Shown here: positions 12,536 through 30,238 of the stretch, one piece after another
Layout: the number at the start of each line of letters is the position of its first letter
Position numbering within the stretch: position 1 is the first letter of the stretch
Assembly: GCA_964016885.1 (NCBI GenBank)
Contig: OZ024741.1
Location: 230,144,001 to 230,208,000 of the forward strand
From: Eledone cirrhosa
Taxonomy: Eukaryota
Length of the DNA: 64,000 nucleotides
Direction of reading: 5' to 3'
Position numbers and translations under genes: made by a program
The notes under the pieces: model-generated
Databases searched by the model: none
What the model was told of the DNA's origin: nothing
The model's input: the letters and a program-made list of their open reading frames with translations, nothing else

Positions 12536-13816
12536 ATATGATCAGTTTGATGTAGCGCTAATATAGCCAAGGTTTTAATTAAGAGAGGGGTAGAATATTT
12601 TTTTTTTACTTTGTTAGAGAGTGTTTAATATCGGAAAAATATGTTATGTTGAAGAGCGTATAATATATTGTCTGCATTAATTTTGTGGTTTTGTATGCGC
12701 TGTGTTATTTGTTAATTTGGGTAGGATATGTTGTTCAACAATTCAAGATAATTAATTGATTATGTTGCCTGTAGTATTTGTAGCTGAGTAATTGTACTTC
12801 ATTTAGTGGGTGATGGTTGGTTTAGGTTTGTTGTATTCGTTTATAATTATTTCAATATTGATTGAGGTTAGGAGAGAAATAATTTCATATGTATAATTTA
12901 ACTGAAATTTGAATAAATATTGACTCATTTTAACAATATTTTCGCATCAACTACATTAGTTAGTTGTTTGGGGTTATAAATTCGTCGTAAACATGTCCAG
13001 AAATAAGAATAAATATCTAGCGTCCTCGCATGTTTCTGGTTGAAGCCCCATGTCTTACTGTCATCCAAATGAAATGGAAGCATAAATGTTTTATACAAAC
13101 ATACTACAGAGGGACTGTAGTTAATTAACATTTGCACCAGATGCAATGGGAAAAATTATATATTTATATATTTATATGCACGCTCTGTGTATGACAAATA
13201 GGGAGTGATAAAGCCAGTGTTCTCAGTTCATGTTTATTGGGTTTCAATTCAATTCCAAATTGGCATATGTCTCTCCTTCATAGCCCTTCTTATTTTCTCA
13301 CCCTTTTTCTCCTCCTTGATTCCTAAGGCCTCTTTTATATTCTTAGCCTTCATACCAGCCTCTCATATATTCTATGAAGCTAATAATATCCCACGCATTT
13401 CAATTTGCCGTTTCCATTTTTTTATACTTCATTCAAGCCATACAAACATATGTAATGACAATTACAAGAACAGAAAACAATGACAGCAGTGGATAAATGG
13501 GAGGTTATTGAAACGCTGATTGGTCCCATGGGAAATGATGTCAATTCATAGTCAGTAGAAGAGAAGCGCTTGGAAGGCTAATACTATGGAATTCTACCGC
13601 AGTTATCATGATAAAACTAGTAATTATTTCATTGAAAACTAACCTCTGACCTCAGCTATTAACAGTTTGTGGTCTTAAAAGCCATTTAACTTAACGTATT
13701 TATGACAAATTATTACTCTTGTCTGGTCGAATAGAAGACCTGCGTACACCGATATATCCTTCTGATATCGGAAAAAGTACTGAATATGACGGAAATGAAA
13801 TGTCATGTGGTGGTGG

Positions 13817-13884
<68 letters not shown>

Positions 13885-14202
13885 TCTCTACATGTGCCTG
13901 TGTGTCCCACTGTGTGTGTGCCTTTGTGCATGAATACGAATGTTATTCTGTTTATATATGTATATGTGCGTGTTGGTATATATTTGTAACAGCTCAAACG
14001 CACTTCTGTGTAATGTAGTATTAGTGTGTAAATGTATTAATGTAAATCCATTTGTATATAAGTTTTCATCTAAATGTTTATAGCTTTAAGCAAATATGCT
14101 AAAGGATGTAAATATATTTTTCTATACAATTATACGTTTGAGTAAATCCAACATTTATAGTGTACAGTTAGTGTACGATTTGTATCCAGCCATCTCTCTC
14201 TG

Positions 14203-14293
<91 letters not shown>

Positions 14294-14310
14294 TATATAT
14301 ATATACACAA

Positions 14311-14684
<374 letters not shown>

Positions 14685-14709
14685 GTACACACACATATAT
14701 ATATATATA

Positions 14710-14908
14710 TAATAAATTTGAAGACTAAAATCCAACGAGGGCTCGAATAGGATAAATATATATCAAATATATAAGATCCGTAGAGCAAAAAATTATTAAA
14801 ATAACAGATTAAAGTTTAAGCAAAGAATCACTGCTTTCATCCTTAACGGGATCATCTTTCAGAAGATCCCGTTAAGGGTGAAACTTTAATCTGTTATTTT
14901 AATAAATA
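14710..14908. mobile_element. Family B fold-back fragment
   Basis: Inverted arms around gatcatctttcagaagatc. Confidence 0.7.
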
Positions 14909-15508
14909 TATGTATATAAAGTTGTAGTTCCTGTCTGTTTGTTTGTTTGTTCACGAACTCCTCCTATGGTTTTGGAGATAGACCCCATAACCATACATAT
15001 TCTGAAACTACATTGCCCAGGTTACTTGGATACATATATTTCATTTTAATCAAAGGGTTCCCCGGGGGCCCAAACCCCCGCTGAAAATTTTTTCCCTTCG
15101 ATGTATATGAAATTTAAATCATAGGTAAATGACAGGATATGATGCCTATTCACAAAATGTCAGCAAATTTCAATAATATTAAGACACCCTAATGGGGGTT
15201 AAAGCCACTATAGTAACAAATTTGGAAGCCCATAACTTGAGTATTGGAACCTCTATTATCATGGGGGGTTTCTATTAATTAAACGTAAATCAACAAAATA
15301 AAAGCACCTCTCTTTTATAGTAAAATTTGGCTAATTCAAACATTTTATCTATGGCAAAACATCACTAGAATTATGACAACAAAAATTATTTTTTTTAACA
15401 TTTTCCCTTTATTTTTTCTCCATAAATTATATCACTGATTTAAAATCAATCATCATCTTCTTCCAAAATAATGTGTGAAATGCATGAAGGCGCAGGTAAT
15501 TCGGCTAG
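14908..15508 (+). mobile_element. Non-autonomous Helitron-like element
   Basis: 5' tatataaagttgtagttcctgtctgtttgtttg; 3' ...gcgcaggtaattcggCTAG before T. Confidence 0.55.
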
Positions 15509-15559
15509 TATATATATTCGGCTAGTATATATATACATATATATCTATATGTATGTATG

Positions 15560-17660
<2,101 letters not shown>

Positions 17661-17686
17661 ATATATATATATATATATATATAATA

Positions 17687-17751
<65 letters not shown>

Positions 17752-17753
<2 letters not shown>

Positions 17754-19334
17754 CCGCACCAAAGATCACGTACCCGGCGACGGTGAATACTGTAGATTAC
17801 TCAAACTATTCCCCTATTACAAAACCAACAAAGGCGACGGCCTACTACCAACGCCTTCCAACCAACATCTTCGTGTACATAAACATGGAAGAGGTAGAAA
17901 GAGTGCACCCGAGCATAAAGTGAAAGGGGCACCGAACGGGCGACAGCGCATTAACACACATAAGAGCGATCACTTAGATGGAACCACCCGTAGCAAAAGT
18001 ACAAGGACACGTAATCGCCACCGTAACGTCCTATGGTTCCACCCCCCCTACTCTCGAAGTGTGGCCTCCAACATACCCCGGATATTCTTCGAAGCCTTAG
18101 AGAAGAACTTCCCACCCAACCATAGGTATAGAAAAATTCTTAATAGGAACAATATAAAAATATCCTTCTCTACTACTCCTAACCTAGCAGACATCATAGG
18201 AACAACGAACCACAGTAAGATCACCAAGACACAGCACCTCGACACAGACGCACCTACACCTGACAATAACTATATCGGCCTTAACAACTCCCTGACAGCA
18301 TCCAATAGTGTTGGCAACGGCATCCGCAGACGCAACCAGAATGACCGCGAAGTGACTGGGGAACATGCAGAACATGACGTTCCGAATAACAATCGCACCA
18401 TCCCGCGTGCTGTGGGTTGTAATTGTGCTAACGACAGCTGCGGTAGCGTAGGTAACAACGTAGGCAGCAACAATGATAGCCTTACCGTGGGAAATAGACG
18501 GAACCGCGACAGAAATTGCAACTGCCGCGACAGAGGACGCTGCCCCCTTAGAGGATACTGCTTGACTGATAGGGTTATATATAGATGCACTATTACTAGC
18601 CACAATAGCGTTAAACATTATATAGGGGCCACCTCCGGCCCGTTCAAAATTAGGTTTCGAACACATCTCCACTCTTTCACAAATAGAAAACTAAGGCACT
18701 CCACTTCGCTCGCGGACTACATCACATCACTAAAGGACTTAAGCATCAGCTTCTACACGCACTGGGAGATTGTCGGCAGGGCTGCACCGTACAACTTCAA
18801 GAGGAAATGCGATCTTTGCCTCATGGAGCTCTACCACATCATAACTGCACCCCACGAGCTCATCAACAGCAGAGTTGAAACAGTGATAAGTTGTACACAT
18901 CGCTTAAAAATATCCTTCTTTAGATGGGTTAAGAATGAAGAGTGAAATAGTACACTGGATCTCCCTGCAACAAGTCTTAACACCCCGGCGAGCAGGCGCA
19001 GCAAAATAACACACAGAAAACAATCCTTGCATACCAGACCCAGCCTCAGACAAACGGATGCGGCAAAAAAAAAAAAAAAAAAAATTATCCGGGAAAGACA
19101 GCCCTAACACCGGCCTGAGTTACCTCCCTTGACCTGCTGCAAAATCAAAACAAGATATTTTTGCGAGCAATGAATCTTGATGTAGATTTAACCCCCAAAA
19201 CTCTTTCCGAACTATATAAGGAACACTTGTGATTATTTATGCCCTTGAGAAGCCCAACTGGGCGAAACGCACGTAGGTGATATTTTAAATAAACATGTTT
19301 TAACGGTCTATTCTCCGATTTTTTACTTTCCCAC

Positions 19335-19335
<1 letters not shown>
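17752..19335 (+). mobile_element. 5'-truncated PLE; open frame for thumb/linker plus GIY-YIG endonuclease ending at 18945
   Basis: VLWFHPPYS, CNCRDRGRCPLRGYC, VIYRC...HYIGATSGPFKIRFRTH, C-terminal CDLC...CTH; decayed hammerhead ~19241-19278; both ends at (TA)n. Confidence 0.9.
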
Positions 19336-19370
<35 letters not shown>

Positions 19371-19993
19371 CTTATAAAATGTATGTATCTCAAACGCAAT
19401 GAGTAACTGTAAACACAGTCCATTGCTGTAAATAATACGTTCGAAAATTCGAAAACCGTTTAAAATACTCCTCTGGAAAAAAGGAGCCAGCGGCTGATAA
19501 AGGGGTGTCGAACCCCGCAATACTCAAATTCTCCAGCTGCTGGCTTTAACAATGGTATCAAGCGACCTCTGACAACCAGAGACGAGTGCTATAAGTAATA
19601 GCTTAGAAAATCAGTAAAGTACATCGATTTTCATAAAACTTAATTTTCAAACATTCGTAAATCGCTCAAGGTTTTTAAAAATAAAATGTGCATTTACATT
19701 TCTGGTCGATTAATAAATAGATTTAAAAAAAAAGAAATGAATGTTCAGTCTCATCTTGGTGAAATTGTAGCACATCCTCATAGTATACGGAAGGTGTAAA
19801 TTCTAATCATAAGTGTGACGGTGTCCAGTTTTTTACTTCTACAGTGGCTTATACGTTGAGTCAGTTTTCAAATAATATGCAACACCACGCATACGTATAA
19901 AACTGCATCGCCCAGGTAGTGGCTGAAGAGGAATTTGATGCTTTTGATCATTCATCCAATGTATTCGTTTTTGTTTTTTCGCGTGGAACGTTG

Positions 19994-20063
<70 letters not shown>

Positions 20064-20417
20064 CGTCTCCCTCTCTCTCTGTATAAACATGTAAATATAT
20101 ACATATATATATAATATATATATTTATATATATATAGTGTAGTTGGTTCAGTGATTTACTGGTGTTGGTACCAAATCAAGCACTCTATGCTCAGGCAGAG
20201 TGTATATAAAAAAACGAGAAAGTTTCGTTTACATATAAAATATATTTATTGTGTTTCGACCTGTTTTGCAGAGGATTAGTTCACTCATAGGCGTTATGGA
20301 CCCGACTCCGCTATCGATCTGCTGCTCAGAGTGGCGACGTGACAAAAAAAACAACAACATATTATTTTGTGTGTGGGCGTATGTGATTAATGTGGGGTAA
20401 TTGGTTGGACAGCTATG

Positions 20418-20460
<43 letters not shown>

Positions 20461-20628
20461 GGAAAAGAATGAAACGAAATTTCATTTCTCACTCTTAGTA
20501 CGGCTGATACCTAAATATAAGTATGCATACGTACATACATATATGTGTACAGACGTACAGTAGTATGTATATATATACATACATGCACACATATATATAT
20601 GTGCGTATAGGTTTACTGAACATTTATT

Positions 20629-20815
20629 ATAATTGTTTCCACTTTTGGCACAAGGCCAGCAATTATCCAGTACATTACTGGTACTTTATTTTATCGACCC
20701 CGTAAGGATGAAAGACAAAGTTAACCTCAGCCGGATTTGAACTCAGATCGTAAAGGGACGTAACTCTTTGCGTCAAAGCATGGCGTCCGACTCTCTACTG
20801 ACACTAGCAATCCAC
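20629..20815 (-). mobile_element. tRNA-derived SINE
   Basis: Same SINE family, reverse orientation. Confidence 0.85.
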
Positions 20816-21181
20816 AATATTCGGTTTGTTTGTAAACAAACAGCCCAAATTACGCCGTACAGTGTTCGGCAACAATCGCCGCCCTTTTGTTCAACACTGA
20901 CACAGGAACGATGTATTAGTTTACAAACGATGTACTAGTATACAAACAAGCCGAACATTATAATAAATGTTCGATAAACCCATACGTACATATACTTTTA
21001 CATACTTATATCAGCCGTACTAAGAGTGAGAAATGAAATTTCGTTTCATTCTTTTCCATTTATCGTTTTCGGTATGCCCGGCCGACTAACTCACTCGATA
21101 TGCAAATTAGGCTGCTCAGCTGTTAATATGCATAAGGAAAGTATATACTTTCAAACGTTCAATCATCTGACAGAAAGGTAT

Positions 21182-21224
21182 ACGATGCTGACGATAGCTA
21201 ATAAGCTTGAAACTAGTACATCGT
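21182..21224 (+). ncRNA. Type I minimal hammerhead ribozyme (family A)
   Basis: acgatg-CTGACGA-tagctaataagctt-GAAA-CTAG-TA^-catcgt; perfect 6-bp stem I. Confidence 0.9.
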
Positions 21225-21427
21225 TCCTGTGTCAGTGTTGAACAAAAGGGCGACGATGGTTGCCGAGCACTGTACGGCTTAATTCGGGCTGTTTGTTTAC
21301 AAACAAACCGAACATTATAATAAATGTTCGGTAAACCCATACGTACATATATATATGTATGCATGTATGTATATATATACATACTACTGTACGTCTGTAC
21401 ACATATATGTATGTACCTATACATACT

Positions 21428-21470
<43 letters not shown>

Positions 21471-21990
21471 TGAGAGAGAGAGGGAGAGAGAGATTCGTAT
21501 CAGCAAGCTTATAGTTATAAGGTGGGTAATTTAAAACTCTACTTCAGAGATTTGATTCTGACGTAGTTTTTTTTTCTATTTAATTGCTAACCTATAGGTA
21601 TTGTTCTCCATACAGTAACGGTTAAGCTCACATGTAATAATTATTTACAGACATCTCACTGTGTAACACACTTCTCTCTGTGTAATATATTTGTATTTGA
21701 GCTCAGATGAAAATTCTCTCTTCTTCGTTGAGCTAATATTATTATTACTGTGAACTGCGGAATACTCTTAATTCCTAACGTTGTATACATAACGATCTCC
21801 AAATTGTTGAGCTAATAAATTCGAATGGTTGGGCTCCCCTCTCTAGCATTTTCCCCAATCCATGAGAGCCGTTATTTGATGCAAATAACACGTGATTTTC
21901 GCTACTCTGTATATATATATATATATATATATTCGCATATATGTTATAGAATGCTGTTAGCTTCTCGCTAAAACAATCTCTATACCTCTC

Positions 21991-22078
<88 letters not shown>

Positions 22079-22084
22079 GTGTGT

Positions 22085-22116
<32 letters not shown>

Positions 22117-22162
22117 ATGTGTGTGTGTGTGTGTGTATGTGTGTGTGTGCATGTGTGTGTGT

Positions 22163-22660
22163 GTGAATGAAACTGTATTCCTGAAACTACTTGCCTAAAT
22201 ATTATCACCACAAACATTCTTTCCAATCCTTTTCCTGCAAACTGATACTTATACTATTAATTATTGACAATAAAAATTCCTTTCGAAAAAAAAAACAAAA
22301 AAAAAACACTAGACAACAGAATCCTTAGATTTCATACTAATTGCAATCTTGTATAACACGATTAAAATTCTGGGATAGGTCCACATTGACCGCGGGTGTT
22401 CCAGTTTTTCGATAAATAGAACAGTCTGTATATGAAATTAACGTATAATTGGTTCATCATCAAGTATTTCTCTAGGAGATTCACACAATATCTGAAAGTC
22501 ATAAGATTCGATTCATCCTAGCCTCCGCTCGCAACATTTTTTTCTATCATCAAGGATTGTATACTCCACTTGCTAAATTATATATGTAGCAACCATTTTT
22601 GTTTACAGTTATTTTCTGATACATTGTTTCACACACACCCACACAAACAATCTCCGCCAT
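22163..22660 (+). repeat. ~495-bp segment duplicated at 28385-28875
   Basis: Near-identical direct copies, each between (TG)n and (TA)n. Confidence 0.9.
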
Positions 22661-23109
22661 ATATATATATATATATAAAATTAGTCCTTCATCAGTGATC
22701 TTCCAACCGTCATTGGTATTTCTTCGCATTAAAGATCATATACCTCTGGTTAGTGCGAGCAATAACTAAAGAAAGTTATTCGGACACGTAAAATAAGTGA
22801 AGCGAGCGAGACATGTAAACAAACAGAGATGGTAATGCAACGGAAAGAGAGGAAGAGGAGAAACAAGTCCGTGATATCTATGAACTTAAGTTCGGTGAAA
22901 TAATAGACGAGAGATACAGACCATCCGACTTGGGTGAGATGTGAGCGAGAAAAGGATTTCACACAGGTCAAACGGGAGGAAGTGAGGGAGGGGGAGTAGC
23001 AGAGAGTGAGTGAGTGAAAGTGTGAGGAAGGGGCCAGCTGGGAGAGAGTGACTGGTTGGTGCGAGCAATAACTAAAAAAAGTTATTGGGACACGTAAAAT
23101 AACTTTTTT

Positions 23110-24153
<1,044 letters not shown>

Positions 24154-24191
24154 AGGAAGTTGTAGTTCACTTGAAGCATTGTGTAATGAGG

Positions 24192-24566
24192 TATAAACGT
24201 TTGTAGTTGTAAGGCCAATACAATGCAGGTATGGATATAGAATATAAATGTAAATGCAAAAGATATTGTTGACAATTAGTCTTTTACCTTAAATTTATTT
24301 AAATATCCTTAATTTTCGAGATAATATCTCTTCTTTGGAGGGAAGTAAAGTGGTTAATCCAGTGTTCTAATTAGCTTGCCAGTCATGCTGACAGGAAATG
24401 GTACTTTACTTCCCTCCCTCCGAAGAAGTGATATTATCTCGAAATTTAAGGATATTTAAATACATTTAAGGTAAAAGACTAATTGTCAACAATATCTTTT
24501 GCATTTACATTTATATTCTATATCCATACCTGCATTGTCTTGGCCTTACAACTACAAACGTTTATA
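24192..24566. mobile_element. Fold-back element with decayed hammerhead in both arms
   Basis: ~160-bp inverted arms; cct-CC(G/A)AAGA-a-gagat att atctc-GAAA-at-TA^-agg. Confidence 0.7.
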
Positions 24567-24570
24567 TATA

Positions 24571-24671
<101 letters not shown>

Positions 24672-24721
24672 ATATATATATAAACGTTTGTAGTTGTAAG
24701 GCCAAGACAATGCAGGTATGC

Positions 24722-24762
<41 letters not shown>

Positions 24763-24765
<3 letters not shown>

Positions 24766-27699
24766 AGAATCATTAAACTCAGACTAATCCTAAATAAAAC
24801 AATCACCACAATAATATCAGCTTACGCACCCCAATCGGGGTTGCCAGACGAACTTAAGGATAGGTTTTACGAGTCCCTAATGCACACTACTGCTCTAACA
24901 AACGACAATGACTTCCTAATTATCGCAGGAGATTTTAACGGACACGTAAGTAGACACTGTGACGGCTTCAATAGAGTCCATGGAGGCCATGGGGTTGGCA
25001 CAAGAAATGAAGAAGGATTCAGACATCTAGAATTCTGTGATGCCAATGACGTTGATATGCAACACAAACTTCAAGAAACCCGACAACCACCTGATCATCT
25101 ATAGATCAGGGGAGCATTCTAGTCAGATAGATTTTATCCTCATCAGAGGACGTGACAGATGGACGGTCGTAAACACAAAAGCCTTCCCTAGTGAGGAATG
25201 TACCTCTCAACATAGCTTAGTTGTCAGCGACCTCACGGTCAGAACTAGACGAACCTGGAAACAGAGGCCAACCTGGAGAAGAAAGATCTGGAAGCTGAAA
25301 GACCCCTCAGCCAGCAACAGATTTAAAGATATTTTACTCAACGCCTACGACAGTAAAAAAGAACAGATATAGACATTCAATGTAGAAGAGCACTGGGAGT
25401 TCCTAAAAAATAACTTACTAGAAGCGACGGATGATATGTGTGGATGGATTAAGATAACAAGCATGAGGAAAGTAACTTAGTGGTGGAACAATAAGGTAGA
25501 TGGGACAGTTAAGGCCAAGAGACAGGCATGGACAGAATGGAAGAACGGGGGAAGCAGGGTACATTACATAGAGACCAAGAGGGAAGTTAGGCGTCAAGTA
25601 TACTTAGCTAGGAGGGAAGCATAGAATAAAAAATTCAAGCATGTTTTGCAACGTGAGGACCAGAAACAGGAGGTGTTCAGGATTGCGAGGCAGTGTGTAA
25701 GGGAGAATTGTGATGACATTGGAGAGAAGTGTATCCGGAATGATAAAGGTGAGCTTGCCCTCACAAGTGCTGAGAAGAAAGATGCATGGAAGAGCCATTA
25801 TGATAGATTACTAAATGAGGAGAATGCATGGGAAGAAGAGACCCTACCCCAAGTAGACCCCACAGAGGGGCCAGCAGTACAAGTGAGCAACAGCGTAGTA
25901 AGTAAGGCAATCAAATATATGAAGATGGGAAAGGCAACCGGTCCATCGGGTATAGCCGCCGAGATGCTGAAGGCATCTGGGTCTGTAAGTCACACTATAA
26001 CCACACGTATTGTTAACCAGGTAATACTAGAAGGTGTCATGCCAAAAGATTGGTGCAGTAGGAATGTAACAGAAAGAGTTATAGCACAGTTGATAAGGGA
26101 CCGGGTGAAACTAGATGAGATGCAATTTGGGTTTGTACCAGGAAGAGGCACCACTGATGCCCTCTTCCTTGTGAGGCAGTTACAGGAAAAGTACCTAGCT
26201 AAAAGTAAGCCACTCTACCTGGCATTCGTCGATCTCGAGAAAGCCTTTGACAGAGTTCGACGTGCTATAATCTGGTGGGCTCTTAGAAAACTAGGAGTAG
26301 ATGAATGGCTTGTGAAAGCTGTACAAGCCATGTATAGGGGAGCAGTCAGCAAAGTTAGGATTAGCAATGAGTATAGCGAGGAATTTAGCGTACAGGTTGG
26401 TGTCCACCAGGGCTCTGTTCTTAGCCCTCTCCTGTTCACCATAGTCCTGCAGGCAATAACGGAGGAGTTTAAGACCGCATGCCCATGGGAACTCCTGTAG
26501 CAGATGACCTCGCACGTATAGCTGAATGTATGGTAGAACTAGAGAAGAAATTCCAAACTTGGAAGCAGGGACTAGAAAGAAAGGGTCTCAAAATCAACAT
26601 GACAGAGACTAAGGTGCTTATAAGTAGACGAGAAAACAGAACCCAGATCGCCTCAGGGAAATGGCCTTGCTCAGTATGTAGGAAAGGTGTAGGTAGGAAC
26701 TCCATTCTCTTCCCCAAATGCAAACAATGGGTACACAAGAGATGTAGCGGGATCTCAGGAAGCTTAATTAAGAATGTAGGTTTCACGTGTAGCAGCTGTG
26801 CTGGGACAGCAAGCAGCAAACAGCCACAGGAAACAAGTATCACCAATCTCTGGGAGGGCTCTGTAGAAACAGTAGACAGCTTTTGCTACCTAGGTGACCG
26901 AATTAGCAGCGGAGGTGGGTGTTCAGAAAGTACCATAACTAGGGTAAGAACGAGATGGAAGAAGTTCAGGGAACTACTGCCACTGCTAGCTGCAAAAGGC
27001 TTCTCCCTCAAAATTAAAGGCAGACTGTATGATGCGTGTATCCGAACAGCAATGCTACATGGTAGTGAGACCTGGGCGCTGAAGGTGTAAGACTTACGTA
27101 GATTAGAAAGAAACTAAGCCTGCATGCTCCGATGGATGTGTAATAGTAATATACGCGAACGGCAAAGCATAAATGAATTGAGAGAGAGACTGAGCATAAG
27201 AGGAATCAAATGCTGTGTGCAGGAGAGGCTGTTACGTTGGTATAGACATGTGATGCGTATGAAGGATGACAGCATAAAAAAGTGCAGAGCACTAGAAGTC
27301 AATGGAAACCGCGGAGTGGGGAGACCCAAGAAGACCTGGGATGAGGTGATAAAAGCCGACCTTACCCAATTACACCTCTCAAAGGCGATGACACACGACC
27401 GTGACCTCTGGCGTCACGCAGTAATACAGAGTGCCCGACCTCCCATGGGCACAAGCTGAAGCATATAGACAATATGCCCCCACACCCCCCACTGCAAAGT
27501 GGTCGTGTAGGCGCCACGGAAAAAAGCACCCAGCGCTCACTGTAAATGAGGTTGGTGTTAGGAAGGGCATCCAGCTGTAGAAATCAAGCCAAAATCAGTT
27601 CCTGTATGAGCAAGGTATGGTCAGCCGACCTGACACTGCCTACAACAGGACAACCTGTCTAACCCATGCTAGCATGGAAGAACGGACGTAAAACGGTGA

Positions 27700-27703
<4 letters not shown>
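24763..27703 (+). mobile_element. RTE-clade LINE, 5'-truncated, with stops and frameshifts (APE endonuclease, RT, PHD-like Zn finger)
   Basis: SAYAPQ, GDFNGH, SQIDFIL, QFGFVPGRGTTDA, FVDLEKAFDRV, GVHQGSVLSPLLF, CSVC...WVHKRC...CSSC, YLG, LHGSETW; (GAT) tail into (TA)n. Confidence 0.95.
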
Positions 27704-28001
<298 letters not shown>

Positions 28002-28292
28002 AGCTACGGCTCTTTATCTGAGAGTCATGTATATATATATATGACTCTGAGATATATATTTCTTTTCCTCTTCTTTCTAAGTCTTTGCGTACTTCATATT
28101 TGTGTAATTTGCCTAAAAGCATAACTTTTCTCTATCTGGAATGAATGGTTTCACCATATATAAACCGAAACCGTAGTGATTCCCAGGGGTTGATTGAGAT
28201 GGCACTGTCCATCTTTGCGTTCTTTTTTCCATTGCCTTTTATGCAGCTGTCATCCTTTTCCATTGCCTTTTCCATTGTCCTCAATTTTGAAT
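28002..28292 (+). mobile_element. Family C short repeat; second copy split as 37424-37452 plus 38844-39198
   Basis: Shared agctacggctctttatctgagagtca and ctaagtctttgcgtact...ttgtcctcaattttgaata. Confidence 0.65.
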
Positions 28293-28308
28293 ATATACAT
28301 ACACACAC

Positions 28309-28371
<63 letters not shown>

Positions 28372-28870
28372 TGAGTGTGTGTGTGTGAATGAAACTTTAT
28401 TCCTGAAACTACTTGCCTAAATATTATCACCACAAACATTCTTTCCAATCCTTTTCCTACAAACTGATAGTTATACTAATCATTATTGGCAATAAAAATT
28501 CCTTTCGAAAAAAACAAAAAACACTAGACAACAGAATCCTTAGATTTCATACTAATTGCAATCTTGGATAACACGATTAAAATTCTGGGATAGGTCCACA
28601 TTGACCGCGGGTGTTCCAGTTTTTCGATAAATAGAACAGTCTGTATATGAAATTAACGTATAATTGGTTCATCATCAAATATTTCTCTAGGAGATTCACA
28701 CAGTATCTGAAAGACATAAGATTCGATTCATCCCAGCCTCCGCTCGCAACATTTTTTTCTATCATCAAGGATTGTTTACTCCACTTGCTAAATTATATAT
28801 GTAGCAACCATTTTTGTTTACAGTTATTTTCTGATACATTGTTTCACACACACCCACACAAACAATCTCC

Positions 28871-28937
<67 letters not shown>

Positions 28938-28942
<5 letters not shown>

Positions 28943-30193
28943 GGGGGGGAGTCCTTCATCAGTGACCCTCCAACCGTCCCAGGCATTTCATCGCTTTAAG
29001 GGCCATATACCTCAGGTTGGTGCGAACAACGGCTAAAAAAAGTCGTTGGGACACGTAAATAAAGAGAACGTTAGGGTGAACAAACAAAATGGTTTAAGCA
29101 ACAGACAGTGAGAGGAAAGAGACAAGTCCCAGATTTCTATGAATATAAACTCGATAAAATCGTGAACTACTAGAGAATAAAGACCATCAGACCTGGTTGA
29201 AATGTGAGTAAGGAAGGAATTTCGCGCAGGTCGAACGGGAGGAAGAAGAAGAAGGGGTCTGGTCTGCGAATTCGGTAAACATAAGTTTTGTGAAGACGCA
29301 GACGAGAGAGAGAGAGAAAAAAAATTCATACCGGCTTGGCCAAGAGTGCGCGAGAAAAGGAATCGGACAGGTCAAGCGGGAAGAAAGAGGAGTGGAGGAG
29401 AGGTAGTGACAGGGTATGAGTGAGTGAAAGTTGAGGAAGAGGCTAACAGAGAGAGAGACTGCTAGAAAGGGTAAAGATACAAAGAGAGAAACAGATGGGT
29501 GGCAGCAGAGGAAAAAATATGTGTAAATATGATAATAATGGAGCTGCGGCGTTGCAAATGGGTTACATATAAAAAAGGGGGGGAGTCCTTCATCAGTGAC
29601 CCTCCAACCGTCCCAGGCATTTCATCGCTTTAAGGGCCATATACCTCAGGTTGGTGCGAACAACTTTCACTCACTCATACCCTGTCACTACCTCTCCTCC
29701 ACTCCTCTTTCTTCCCGCTTGACCTGTCCGATTCCTTTTCTCGCGCACTCTTGGCCAAGCCGGTATGAATTTTTTTTCTCTCTCTCTCTCGTCTGCGTCT
29801 TCACAAAACTTATGTTTACCGAATTCGCAGACCAGACCCCTCCTTCTTCTTCCTCCCGTTCGACCTGCGCGAAATTCCTTCCTTACTCACATTTCAACCA
29901 GGTCTGATGGTCTTTATTCTCTAGTAGTTCACGATTTTATCGAGTTTATATTCATAGAAATCTGGGACTTGTCTCTTTCCTCTCACTGTCTGTTGCTTAA
30001 ACCATTTTGTTTGTTCACCCTAACGTTCTCTTTATTTACGTGTCCCAACGACTTTTTTTAGCCGTTGTTCGCACCAACCTGAGGTATATGGCCCTTAAAG
30101 CGATGAAATGCCTGGGACGGTTGGAGGGTCACTGATGAAGGACTACCCCCTTTTTTATATGTAACCCATTTGCAACGCCGCAGCTCCATTATT

Positions 30194-30197
<4 letters not shown>
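28938..30197. mobile_element. Complex fold-back element (~490-bp inverted arms plus duplicated head)
   Basis: 28940-29432 is inverted at 29662-30150; head repeated at 29575-29661; diverged relative at 22685-23102. Confidence 0.8.

Positions 30198-30230
<33 letters not shown>

Positions 30231-30238
<8 letters not shown>

Larger units (their letters stand above)
20455..21432. mobile_element. Family A element (inverted arm plus tandem direct unit) with nested SINE
   Basis: Junction catacttatat at 21001 and 21422; SINE inserted at 20629-20815. Confidence 0.8.

Noticed and set aside
19820-19846. Tc1/mariner-like terminal sequence
   Set aside because: No partner TIR or TA duplication found
28134-28180. 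Family C ggttt/aaacc hairpin plus GAAA as a hammerhead
   Set aside because: Upstream core reads GGAATGA in both copies and the cleavage triplet is not conserved; too degenerate to call
30090-30150. GAAA preceding CTGATGA (possible type II hammerhead), also at 8830-8870 and 22685-22730
   Set aside because: No stem II complementarity and no clear NUH site or stem III
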